Assembly (NCBI GenBank): GCA_964621595.1
Contig: CAZUPO010000001.1
Span: forward strand, 78,758 to 142,757
DNA: 64,000 bases
Direction of reading: 5' to 3'
DNA from: an uncultured Candidatus Saccharibacteria bacterium
GTDB taxonomy: Bacteria > Patescibacteriota > Minisyncoccia > Phycocordibacterales > UBA5272
Shown here: positions 47,214 to 56,523 of the stretch, piece by piece
How the letters are laid out: every line of letters starts with the position of its first letter
Position numbering within the stretch: the first letter of the stretch is position 1
Notes under the pieces: model-generated
Seen by the model: only the letters and a program-made list of their open reading frames with translations
Databases searched by the model: none
What the model was told of the DNA's origin: nothing
Position numbers and translations under genes: made by a program

Positions 47214-47924
47214 ATGATTTTGATATACTTACATATAATGCTTGATATTCGAATTTCATCAAGAAATCCTATTATATATAAAGGGTCTTTTAATGGGTCG
47301 CCTGAGAAATTACTATCCTTAATGCGTGATAATGGTTTTATTTGCACACCAACTACAACAGGGAAAATTTCGTTAGTTTCCTACCAGAGAAAATCAGATG
47401 ATTGGAATAGAATTGGTGGTAATTTTTACTTCCACCAAGATGGATCTCACCTCCCCTCAAAACCAGAATTCGTTGCACTATTATGTAAAAATAAAGGAAC
47501 AACACGAACGGTCACCTCCATTACTGATGGAAGAAAAATCTATCAGCATAGTGCTAAAATAGTTGGTAAAAAATTTCTTCACTCTCTCATGGCGGTATAT
47601 ATAGACACACACAAAAAAATGTACACAAGACCACTTGTTGAAAAAGATGAGTATGGCAAGTGCTATTTAAATACGTTCCACTATATAGAACCAAATCTAG
47701 AACTTCTTCATGAGGACGATCGTAAGATTTTCAACCTCAAACTGGCAAAGTTTATTTTGTGTTTTGAGAAGTTGCAAAAGCAATATACTGTCTACTCTCA
47801 TACTTGGAACAATAATGATCTTATTATTTTTAAGAACCGCGCCTTCCATCATGCAAGATTCAACGCAACGAATACAACCGATAAACAGAGATTTCTTTAT
47901 CGAATGTGGTTTACTAAGAAATAA
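47214..47924 (+). CDS. TauD/TfdA-like Fe(II)/2-oxoglutarate-dependent dioxygenase
   Basis: FHQDGSH (HxD) plus C-terminal IIFKNRAFHHARFN (DNR..HxA...R) arrangement typical of TauD family; start may be an internal Met. Confidence 0.5.
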   Translation: MILIYLHIMLDIRISSRNPIIYKGSFNGSPEKLLSLMRDNGFICTPTTTGKISLVSYQRKSDDWNRIGGNFYFHQDGSHLPSKPEFVALLCKNKGTTRTVTSITDGRKIYQHSAKIVGKKFLHSLMAVYIDTHKKMYTRPLVEKDEYGKCYLNTFHYIEPNLELLHEDDRKIFNLKLAKFILCFEKLQKQYTVYSHTWNNNDLIIFKNRAFHHARFNATNTTDKQRFLYRMWFTKK

Positions 47925-47931
47925 TAACTGG

Positions 47932-48004
47932 AGCCAATGGCCAGGATTGAACCGGCGACCTCTTCCTTACCATGGAAGTGCTCTACCAACTGAGCTACAT
48001 TGGC
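47932..48004 (-). tRNA. tRNA-Thr (anticodon GGU)
   Basis: Revcomp folds: acceptor GCCAATG/CATTGGC, anticodon stem CTTCC/GGAAG with loop ATGGTAA, T-loop TTCAATC. Confidence 0.85.
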
Positions 48005-48076
48005 ACGTTTTTTGTTCGCAAGATTTTTCTAAAAATAGAAAATACATACAAACAAGTACGTACTATTCTAGCAAAT

Positions 48077-48316
48077 TTATCCAACCGAAACAATCTTTGA
48101 CGGACTGTGGTGTCCGCTTACAATACGGACAGACAAGCCTGCATATATCTGGCGAAGAATTTCAATAATTCGTGTATTTGCACGATTGCCCTGTGCTTCT
48201 TCTTGTACCCAAATACGATATTCGTCATCCTTTATCTGCTCCACTTTCTCTTTTTTAGAATCTGGAATGACTTTTACTTTTATGTACATACTAGGTGGAA
48301 ACAGAATTACAAACAA
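48077..48316 (-). CDS. DUF167/YggU-family small protein
   Basis: 79 aa, IKVKVIPDSKKEKV...RIWVQEEAQGNRANTRIIEIL pattern of UPF0235. Confidence 0.55.
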   Translation of the reverse strand: MFVILFPPSMYIKVKVIPDSKKEKVEQIKDDEYRIWVQEEAQGNRANTRIIEILRQIYAGLSVRIVSGHHSPSKIVSVG

Positions 48317-48320
48317 CCTC

Positions 48321-49019
48321 TTACGAATTATGAGTTTTTTTTCCTATTGTATTCTCTTTCTTTGCTCTGTATTCATCAATAAGTTTGTGATTCCCAGAGA
48401 GAAGCACTTTTGGTACTCGATATTTTTTACCAGCATATTCGTATACCTCTGGGCGACCATACACTTCGTGACTTGCAACACGTTTATCTTCAAGTGAAAC
48501 TGAGTCATGTAGCACGCCCTCTAGTTGACGAGACATCGCATCAATACAAATCATCGCCGGTAACTCTCCTCCAGTGAGAACATACTCACCGATACTCCAC
48601 TCTTCCCCCTTTAATATTTTCTTAACTCGGGCATCTATCCCCTCGTACCTACCACAAATAAAAATTATGTCGGTGTATTTCCTTACTGATGTTTTTGCCA
48701 GCGTGTTAGTGAACCGCTTTCCTCCTGGGCTAAAAATAACGATCTTCCAAGACAGTTTTTCTCCTTTCTTTTTACTTTTTGTCTCTTGTTTCTTTTTAAT
48801 ATCATCAATCGTGCGGAGAATTGGATCGACCCACATGACCATCCCTGGACCACCACCGTACGGACGACCATCGACACGACGATGTTTATCAGTTGTATAT
48901 TCCCGAAGCGGGTATGTAGTGATCGATAAAATATTGTTTTCTATTGCACGTGCAATAATCGACTCATTAAAGTATGAATCGAGCATATTTGGGAAAATGG
49001 TGACCACGTGGAAACGCAT
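48321..49019 (-). CDS. trmD: tRNA (guanine37-N1)-methyltransferase
   Basis: MRFHVVTIFPNM start, RVDGRPYGGGPGMVM SPOUT-knot motif. Confidence 0.85.
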   Translation of the reverse strand: MRFHVVTIFPNMLDSYFNESIIARAIENNILSITTYPLREYTTDKHRRVDGRPYGGGPGMVMWVDPILRTIDDIKKKQETKSKKKGEKLSWKIVIFSPGGKRFTNTLAKTSVRKYTDIIFICGRYEGIDARVKKILKGEEWSIGEYVLTGGELPAMICIDAMSRQLEGVLHDSVSLEDKRVASHEVYGRPEVYEYAGKKYRVPKVLLSGNHKLIDEYRAKKENTIGKKTHNS

Positions 49020-49150
49020 AGTTTATACGTGAGATACTATCATACTTATGCAGTAATCGTAAGTAGTGAGATGTACATCTTGTAGCAAAACCTCAGTCAC
49101 AAGGACTGAGATTTTGCATTTAAACTAGAGACACATTAAACGTCGACAAA

Positions 49151-49483
49151 CTATATTCCCTTCAAATCATTCATGACGGCATCAACATCAGTCATATCAT
49201 AACGCGGTGGATAGGATTGAGACCCCTCTTCATAGCGACGACCTTCTGGTTCGTTAATCTTCAAATTTACTCGTGCATTATTCTTCATACCAACAACACG
49301 AAGTAGGGTGCGTAACGCCTTGGCAGTAGCACCATCACGACCAATCACTTTACCCATGTCTTCTCCCGCAACGTCCAGTGTAATGAGTACACCCATCTCA
49401 TCGACTCGTCTATCTACTTTTACTCTGTCGGGATTATCTACTAATGCTTTCACTACATACTCTACGAATTCTTGATCTTTCAT
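49151..49483 (-). CDS. KH-domain RNA-binding protein (KhpA-like)
   Basis: VIGRDGATAKALRTLL GxxG KH motif; conserved rpsP-KH-trmD gene order; start MKDQEF at 49483. Confidence 0.6.
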   Translation of the reverse strand: MKDQEFVEYVVKALVDNPDRVKVDRRVDEMGVLITLDVAGEDMGKVIGRDGATAKALRTLLRVVGMKNNARVNLKINEPEGRRYEEGSQSYPPRYDMTDVDAVMNDLKGI

Positions 49484-49596
49484 ATGGATATTCTTTTTGT
49501 ATTTTGTATACAATGCTAAGTGTAGCAATGGAGACACCATGCAAAAGAAAGTTATTCACATATTACGTTAATAACTAGCAGTACGTACGCAACAAA

Positions 49597-49626
49597 AGAA
49601 AAAACGCGTGGTCTCACGCGTTTTTT
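49597..49626 (-). terminator. Rho-independent terminator after rpsP
   Basis: AAAAAACGCGTG-agac-CACGCGTTTTTT. Confidence 0.6.
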
Positions 49627-49654
49627 CTTCTTATCCTTACAAACTACCCAAAAC

Positions 49655-49954
49655 TTATGCCTTCTTCTCTTCTTTCTTTACTGGAGACTTGCGAGGAAGT
49701 ACGTTAACCTTTTTCCCTTCAATAATTCCCTTAGAGATAAGGAGGTTACGTACAGTTGGGGTAACTTGAGCACCAACTCCAATCCAGTGCTTGACGCGAT
49801 CCTTCTTTGCTTCGAAGGTTCCCATCTTCACATTATACGTACCGATGATTTCATTAAAGGAAGTGGTCTTCGGCTTTAAAATACTTTCTGTAACAATAAG
49901 ACGAAAATGTGGGTCATTTTTTCGGCCAATGCGTTGTAATCTGATTTTTAACAT
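49655..49954 (-). CDS. rpsP: 30S ribosomal protein S16 with Lys-rich C-terminal extension
   Basis: MLKIRLQRIGRKNDPHFRLIV; start at 49954. Confidence 0.85.
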   Translation of the reverse strand: MLKIRLQRIGRKNDPHFRLIVTESILKPKTTSFNEIIGTYNVKMGTFEAKKDRVKHWIGVGAQVTPTVRNLLISKGIIEGKKVNVLPRKSPVKKEEKKA

Positions 49955-50021
49955 GGGGTATATTTTACCATAAACCACCAGAAAAGAAAAGCCCCCACCA
50001 GAAACCTTCTTGGGCTTAGTT

Positions 50022-50414
50022 TTATGAAGTAGTTCCTCCAGATTTTTGATGCTCGGCAAGCATATATTCCACTTTGTCTACAAGTTGCTTCCCAGAATAA
50101 TCAACTTTTAAAATAACCCCGAGCGCCCCAGCCTCCAGAACCTTTGCATTTATTTCTGCGTCCGAAATATTCGAGCAAACAATAACTGGTATGGGTAATG
50201 TTGTGGTCTTTTTCATGGTACGCAAAAACTCAAATCCGTCCATTTTCGGCATCATAAGATCAAGCAATATAACATCAGGCATTTTTTCAACAACACTATT
50301 AATACCGTCGAGTCCATTATCTTCCAAAATCACCTCATACCCCGCTTTTTCAAAACTGTGCCGGTAGATTTCCTGAATATCTTTATTATCCTCAACAATC
50401 ATTACTTTTTTCAT
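50022..50414 (-). CDS. receiver-only response regulator (CheY-like), pair 1
   Basis: MKKVMIVEDNKDI...DVILLDLMMPKMDG REC domain, no output domain. Confidence 0.75.
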   Translation of the reverse strand: MKKVMIVEDNKDIQEIYRHSFEKAGYEVILEDNGLDGINSVVEKMPDVILLDLMMPKMDGFEFLRTMKKTTTLPIPVIVCSNISDAEINAKVLEAGALGVILKVDYSGKQLVDKVEYMLAEHQKSGGTTS

Positions 50415-50415
50415 A

Positions 50416-52098
50416 CTATGATACTGTTTCTTTGTCAGATGAGTTGACATCCCCTTCTGCAGCCGATGTCTTAGTTTTTGCGTCAAGAGATGCTTCTTGT
50501 AACTCTACATAAAAACGTGAACCTTTATCCTTACCGTCCGACTCCGCCCATATCTGACCATTGTGGGCACTTATAAATATCTTCGCTAGGTACAAACCAA
50601 GACCTGTCCCAAGAATATTTACCTTCTGCACATCAGCGCGAGAGAACTCCCGGAAGAGAGCAGACATTGTGTCCGGTGTAATTCCCACCCCTGTGTCACT
50701 CACCTTAATAAGTACTCGTCCATTTTCTCGTGTCACCGTGACATCAACGAGTCCTTTCGGGGTGTACTTGATAGAATTGTCGATGAGGTTTGTAATAACT
50801 TCTTTTAACTTCCCTCGATCAGCCATCACAAAACATTTCTCTTCTGTAGCAAGGCGCTTCGTCAATTGTAAATTTTTTTGGTCAGCGTTAACTTGAAATG
50901 TCCCTAGTATTTCATTTACGAGTTCTACAACATCCAATCGTTGAAAAACGTACTGAAGTTGCCCAAGTTCTATTTTTGACTTATTGAGATATTGCGAGAG
51001 GAGTGAGATAACTTCATTACCTGAAATCATGATCTTCTGCAACAAATCCACCACCTGTGGCGGTACGGTCCCCTTGTCCCCTTCAAGTAAAATAGAGGCG
51101 TAACCGCGCATAATAGTGATCGGCGTTCTAATCTCGTGTGTGGCAAATGTCATAAGTTCTGATTTTTGATCATTGGCCAATTCGATTTCAAACGTATTTC
51201 TTACAAGTTGGATACTGAGCGCCAAGGTGAGTACAAACACAAGGATACGTAAAAGGAGTTGTTCTATATTGTCCGCTAAAATAAGTTCTATAAGAGAGAC
51301 AACACAGAGGAAGAATGTGAAGATTCCAGCAAAAATATTTTTGACATGGAACATCTCCACCAAATAAATTGCGTACGCTGTGAACACTATAACTGGGAAA
51401 ATAAAGAGTGCTCCGAACGGAACAAAGTCGAAGTTATGGAAACCAATCGGTAGGATAAAACTAAATAGGAGGAGTAGTCCAGCGGTTAACGACATTCCGG
51501 TGAACATAAGTACATTTTGTCGTCTCTCGTCACCTTTGGTAATGTGTATCTTTCTGAAAAGTGTAGCGAGTCCTGCGGATAGGAAACTAAATGTCACGAT
51601 CCCGGCAAGCATGATGCCGTCGCTCTTCTCTGGGTTAGCAAACTCAGTGATTGAGATTAGATTATTAACCTGTGTAAAGAGAAATGGAACAAGGAGAAGC
51701 GCGGAAGCAAAGAATGCGAGCGGGAGAAGTACATACCTATGCCACAAAGGAAATTCTTTGTGCTCTGAAGGAAAAACAACTGCGAGCTGGTAAAAAGCAT
51801 AGGAGTGCCAAATGGTGAGGAAGATATGAATACGTAACGAGAGTACTGTTAATGACGGGTCTGTAAACTTATACAAGAAATAGTTCGATATTCCCCAAAA
51901 TACTGTAATGATAGAAAAGAAGAAAAATGTTCGACTGGTGATACTGCGTTTGCTTCTGTAAAGAACGATTGCGGCGAGAGACAAAATACCTACAACAGCG
52001 ACACCAACTCCAACTAAATCAAACTGTATACGATCAAAAAAATCCTGGAGTTGCACTACGAAGTCATTCATACTACAAGTAAGTATAACGCACCACAC
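50416..52098 (-). CDS. sensor histidine kinase with N-terminal 7TM domain, pair 1
   Basis: ~7 TM helices, HisKA (FATHEIRTP) and HATPase_c (N, G1, G2 boxes) domains. Confidence 0.75.
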   Translation of the reverse strand: MWCVILTCSMNDFVVQLQDFFDRIQFDLVGVGVAVVGILSLAAIVLYRSKRSITSRTFFFFSIITVFWGISNYFLYKFTDPSLTVLSLRIHIFLTIWHSYAFYQLAVVFPSEHKEFPLWHRYVLLPLAFFASALLLVPFLFTQVNNLISITEFANPEKSDGIMLAGIVTFSFLSAGLATLFRKIHITKGDERRQNVLMFTGMSLTAGLLLLFSFILPIGFHNFDFVPFGALFIFPVIVFTAYAIYLVEMFHVKNIFAGIFTFFLCVVSLIELILADNIEQLLLRILVFVLTLALSIQLVRNTFEIELANDQKSELMTFATHEIRTPITIMRGYASILLEGDKGTVPPQVVDLLQKIMISGNEVISLLSQYLNKSKIELGQLQYVFQRLDVVELVNEILGTFQVNADQKNLQLTKRLATEEKCFVMADRGKLKEVITNLIDNSIKYTPKGLVDVTVTRENGRVLIKVSDTGVGITPDTMSALFREFSRADVQKVNILGTGLGLYLAKIFISAHNGQIWAESDGKDKGSRFYVELQEASLDAKTKTSAAEGDVNSSDKETVS

Positions 52099-52145
52099 CC
52101 CAGAACACCTGTGAGTATCTTAGGCAATACGCCTGTGTAGGCATG

Positions 52146-52517
52146 TTATGCCTCCACGTTCAAAATATGACTGATCTTGTCCACCAATTGCTTACCAGAA
52201 TAATCCACCTTGAGGAGTACTGCATTAGCCCCAGATTCAACAGCCTTTGCGTACGTTTCTTTGTCTGAAAGGTTGGAACATACCACAACAGGGACTTTGA
52301 TGTCAGTGTTTTCCTTGAGTGCTTTTAAAAATGCAAAACCATCCATGTTCGGCATCATCACATCAAGAAGAATAATATCTGGCTGCTTCTCTACTACAGA
52401 TGAAATCCCGTCGAGTCCATCGAATTCTTGGAGTACCTCATATCCGGCACTTTCAAAATTGAGTTTATAAATCTCCTGTAGATTCTTATCATCCTCAATA
52501 ATCATTATCTTTCTCAT
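52146..52517 (-). CDS. receiver-only response regulator, pair 2
   Basis: MRKIMIIEDDKNL...DIILLDVMMPNMDG; paralog of 50022-50414. Confidence 0.75.
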   Translation of the reverse strand: MRKIMIIEDDKNLQEIYKLNFESAGYEVLQEFDGLDGISSVVEKQPDIILLDVMMPNMDGFAFLKALKENTDIKVPVVVCSNLSDKETYAKAVESGANAVLLKVDYSGKQLVDKISHILNVEA

Positions 52518-52536
52518 ACTGTTTTTGTGCCTTTAA

Positions 52537-54159
52537 TTATAGCATCGGGAGAGTGACAGAGAAAGTTGACCCCTTGCCCAGCCCTTCGGAATCTATAAAA
52601 ATATATCCTTTATGCGCTTCAATAATCTCATGTGCAAGGTAAAGCCCAAGTCCAGAGCCACCACCGTTAAGTACTGCCCCCTCTCCACGACCAAACTTGG
52701 TAAAGAGTTTTTCTTTTGTTTCTGGAGAAATACCCACACCAGAATCACTGACAGAAAATATAATTGTTTTATGTTCTTCATCACGGACAAGTTTCACCTT
52801 AACAAAACCTTCTTTTGTGTATTTGATACTATTATCAATGAGATTTAAATAGACTTGCTTTATCTTTGTGCCGTCAGCGCTCGCCATGAATGATTGTGAT
52901 CCATCGATTTCTGAAGTGAATGTAAGGTGTCTGTCTTCGGCGGCAATTTTCATATCTGACACAAGATCCAAGAATGTCGACTTAAGATCAGTCGGCGCAA
53001 ACACATATTTCATACCCCCCTGCTCTATTTTTGTAACATTCAAGAAGTCCTCTACTACACTCGCGAGCCCCTGCGCCGCAGCATAGATATGACGCACAAT
53101 CTCCTTTTGCTTATCAGAGAGCTCGCCAACAATACCATCAGTGAGTGTAGAGGCATATCCCTTGATGACAGTGAGAGGACTACGAAGTTGGTGGGAAGCG
53201 AGTGACACGAACTCCGACTTCAACTTATCAAGCGATTTTAATTTTTCGTTTGCAACAGCAAGGTTTTCAGTTAGATGTTCGAGAATGAAGATATTTTTTA
53301 CAAATTGAATAGAAATCAACAAAACAAACAGAAAAATACCCGAGCGAAGTATAAGTTGTCCCGTATCATCCGCAAAAATAACTTCCAAGAAAGTCACCAC
53401 ACACAATCCAAAAGCCATTAGAGATGAGCCTATGTTCTTAACTTTGAATGCCTTATGTTTGAAAATAGCGTACGTTGTGAAAATCGAGAAGGGAAAAATT
53501 GTCAAAGCACCCAGAGGAATAAATCTTATAATCTCGAAGACCGCGGGAAGGATTAGATTGAAGGTAAATAATAAAATAAAAGTTAATATGGCTCCTACTA
53601 ATATTAAGATAAGCGGACGTCTTTCTATTTTTTTTGCTTTTATTATTTTTTTAATGAGGATTACAAAAGAACTGATCACTAAGATACAGACGGTTAATAA
53701 AAATAATAAGATCCCTTTCTCAACAACTGGCTCTGGTTTATTATCTAGAAAAGTGACGCCTGAAAAAACAAGATTCCCTAAGATTGTCCAAAGTGAGATA
53801 AAAAAGATGTACGGTAGTAAAATATATTTATGCCAAACAGGAAAAATAACTCTCTCCTTGGGAAATACAAAAAGAAAATTAAAGAATGTGTAGGAATGCC
53901 AAAAAGCAAGGAAAATAACGATTTTCCATAAAGAAAGTACTAGGTCGGGATTATTTGTTTGATAACTTACATAATTAAAAAAACTCCACAACATAGTAAC
54001 GACACAAAACAAGAAAAAAGATACGTTGGTATAACTCTTGCTATTACTTGTATAAACAATAAAACCCAATAAAGCAATCGCTGAGATTGTTACCCCGACT
54101 GTTAGTAAGTCAAGATTAAGAAAATTTAAATTTTGAATTAGGAATACTAAATCTTTCAT
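52537..54159 (-). CDS. sensor histidine kinase with N-terminal 7TM domain, pair 2
   Basis: Paralog of 50416-52098 (WHSYTFFNFLFVFPKER vs WHSYAFYQLAVVFPSEH); HisKA SHQLRSPLT. Confidence 0.75.
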   Translation of the reverse strand: MKDLVFLIQNLNFLNLDLLTVGVTISAIALLGFIVYTSNSKSYTNVSFFLFCVVTMLWSFFNYVSYQTNNPDLVLSLWKIVIFLAFWHSYTFFNFLFVFPKERVIFPVWHKYILLPYIFFISLWTILGNLVFSGVTFLDNKPEPVVEKGILLFLLTVCILVISSFVILIKKIIKAKKIERRPLILILVGAILTFILLFTFNLILPAVFEIIRFIPLGALTIFPFSIFTTYAIFKHKAFKVKNIGSSLMAFGLCVVTFLEVIFADDTGQLILRSGIFLFVLLISIQFVKNIFILEHLTENLAVANEKLKSLDKLKSEFVSLASHQLRSPLTVIKGYASTLTDGIVGELSDKQKEIVRHIYAAAQGLASVVEDFLNVTKIEQGGMKYVFAPTDLKSTFLDLVSDMKIAAEDRHLTFTSEIDGSQSFMASADGTKIKQVYLNLIDNSIKYTKEGFVKVKLVRDEEHKTIIFSVSDSGVGISPETKEKLFTKFGRGEGAVLNGGGSGLGLYLAHEIIEAHKGYIFIDSEGLGKGSTFSVTLPML

Positions 54160-54165
54160 AACTTT

Positions 54166-55218
54166 TTAATTTATAAAGACTGGTTCCATTCTTTTAGAAA
54201 CTGCCGTAGGCTTTTCTGCTTTACCAACTCTAAAAATAAAACCAATATGAGCACCATTGGTATTGAAAGAATTTTCAAGTACATGGAATGATTTGTTGAT
54301 AAGATTAAGGTGTTCTGTATTAAAAATTGTATCTCCGCCATTTTTACAAAACTGATGTAAGTAAAGGGTCCCATTACAAGGATGTACTGCTAGACCTAGT
54401 TTGGTTGCCATTAACCAAGATCTTTGCACGGCGCGACCAAGATGTAAAAAATCAACTGCTGAAAAACCCTTCATTGTAAGGGCACAAAAGGCCGCTGAAT
54501 TGGTATATTTTTCACCATTCTCTTTGCTAATCTTATCGGCTATTTTTAAAAAAAAGTTAAAAACCTTTAATATATTCCAGTTTTTGAATAGTTTAACAGC
54601 TCCGAGTTGATGAGGTAAAAATTCAAGAGTATCAATAAAAAAACCACCAGATTTATTTTCGTCTTCTTTTCTCCAAATAATATGTTTGTAAAAAAAATCA
54701 TGCATGGACTTAGTTTCAAATAACACTTTCTCATGCGCGGAAAGAGCATACCCAACATCCTTCATCAAGATTGGATCGTCAACAAAAACAAGAGAACCTT
54801 TTTCATAGGAAGTTACGGAGTTTAAGATATCTATTTTTTCTTTTTCATTTAATTTTTCTTTTTTATAATCTTTTCGATTAGTACATCGTGTTCTTATAAA
54901 ATTATAAAGAGTATCTTTTTGAGAATTTTGTTTTTGAAAAAAAATATCTGCTGTGTGCGAAAGATTGCTATTGTCAGGTAATAATGTAACGACTGGATTA
55001 TATCCACGTTCCAGTGCGCTTAAAAAAATATTTTCTATTAGCGCTCCGTGTGCTATGTAAGAGCCTCTTTGTTTTATGTTATATAAGGATTTATCAGCTT
55101 CTTCAATGTTAAAGATAGACAAAATATTGTTTTTGTAAAGAAATTTCCATGGTTGGCAATTCTCTCCTGATGGAGCACAGACTCCATCCCTTACGATATC
55201 TTTAATCTCTTCTGGCAT
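54166..55218 (-). CDS. two-lobed nitroreductase-fold oxidoreductase (SagB/McbC-like candidate)
   Basis: APSGENCQPWKF FMN-nitroreductase motif near N-terminus; 350 aa (about twice a canonical nitroreductase). Confidence 0.6.
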   Translation of the reverse strand: MPEEIKDIVRDGVCAPSGENCQPWKFLYKNNILSIFNIEEADKSLYNIKQRGSYIAHGALIENIFLSALERGYNPVVTLLPDNSNLSHTADIFFQKQNSQKDTLYNFIRTRCTNRKDYKKEKLNEKEKIDILNSVTSYEKGSLVFVDDPILMKDVGYALSAHEKVLFETKSMHDFFYKHIIWRKEDENKSGGFFIDTLEFLPHQLGAVKLFKNWNILKVFNFFLKIADKISKENGEKYTNSAAFCALTMKGFSAVDFLHLGRAVQRSWLMATKLGLAVHPCNGTLYLHQFCKNGGDTIFNTEHLNLINKSFHVLENSFNTNGAHIGFIFRVGKAEKPTAVSKRMEPVFIN

Positions 55219-55243
55219 ATTTATAGTTTATCATCTAGAAAGA

Positions 55244-56431
55244 CTACAGACCAAACACCTTTCTGAAAGTGTCCGCTGCGTACTTTCTTTTAAGTATTTC
55301 ACCCTCTTCAAGATAGTCGGGTGTGAATTTTTCGTCTATTGAAAGCACAACTCTGTTATCCTCGACAGATTGGTTGTTCAATATTTTTCGAATACAGTAT
55401 GCCACGGCGACACCGTTAACTAGAGCCGCTCCTCCAAGTTGGGGCCAAGAAACAATAGTCTTCCCCATTTCTAAAAGTGATTCCTGCATCCGCACTGTCA
55501 CATTATCAGCGCCAACACATTTTGTTGCCATTTTACCAATTCCGAATTTATCAAGTTTAAGTAGAGAGTCATAAGATAAATCTTCACCGAGACGACCGTG
55601 GAAATATTTTATACTTTCATCTAAATCATATCTTTCGATATCGATTACCGCATTATCTCCATTATCAGTGCCCATTAATACTGGAATTTTATATTCTTTT
55701 GCCTTTTCTCTGATCAAATATTTTACCGCTATATTATCTAATTCATCAACTACAATATCTAATCCTTTAAAAAAAGTGTCGATATTTTCTGGGTGTAACC
55801 CTTCGGGGAAAATTTCGATTTCAGCATACGGATTAATTTCATAGATTCGTCGTGCAACCATTTCCACTTTTAATATACCCAAATTATCAACTCCTATTAG
55901 AATTCTGTTAGTATTAGAAAGGGCCAATCTATCCATATCAGCAAGTTTCAAATGCTTTGGTCCACCTTGTAGAGTTAGTGCAAACGCAACTGACGAACCA
56001 ACACTCAAACCCCCAATACCAACTGTAGCGTTATAAAATTTTTGCTGTTCTTCATGCGAAATTAAATTTTTATTTCTTGCCGTTCGTACTTTTTCGAAAT
56101 CAGGTTCGTTTAAAATATGTACAAGTTTTGATGACCATGGGAAATAGACCCACTTTCCATTTTTATATAAAGGTTTTTCTTTTTTAAGACTTTCATAAAA
56201 ATCTTTAAAGTCATTCTTGTAGTTACTTGTATAGACTTTGGCAGGATTATTAATACCGAAAAGTTCAAGAAGTAGTTCTTCATAATCATCTACTGTATAT
56301 TGGACCCGGCCATCAGCAATCATTGTATTGACAATATCTTCTTCTTTGGGATTTGAAAGATCGAAGAAAATGGGGCGGAAATTTTTATTATCCTGCTTCG
56401 TAATAAGTAAATCTTCGGTATTATAAGACAT
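55244..56431 (-). CDS. ThiF/MoeB/E1-like adenylyltransferase-fold protein with ~130-aa N-terminal extension
   Basis: VGIGGLSVGSSVAFALTLQGG (GxGxxG Rossmann) ... LKLADMDRLALSNTNR typical of E1/ThiF family. Confidence 0.6.
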   Translation of the reverse strand: MSYNTEDLLITKQDNKNFRPIFFDLSNPKEEDIVNTMIADGRVQYTVDDYEELLLELFGINNPAKVYTSNYKNDFKDFYESLKKEKPLYKNGKWVYFPWSSKLVHILNEPDFEKVRTARNKNLISHEEQQKFYNATVGIGGLSVGSSVAFALTLQGGPKHLKLADMDRLALSNTNRILIGVDNLGILKVEMVARRIYEINPYAEIEIFPEGLHPENIDTFFKGLDIVVDELDNIAVKYLIREKAKEYKIPVLMGTDNGDNAVIDIERYDLDESIKYFHGRLGEDLSYDSLLKLDKFGIGKMATKCVGADNVTVRMQESLLEMGKTIVSWPQLGGAALVNGVAVAYCIRKILNNQSVEDNRVVLSIDEKFTPDYLEEGEILKRKYAADTFRKVFGL

Positions 56432-56523
56432 ATCTATTAATTATAAACTAAGCATAACACAAATGAGCTAATAGCAACATGTTACCTAAACAACGAACAA
56501 TTGGAGGTAGATACCGACTGATG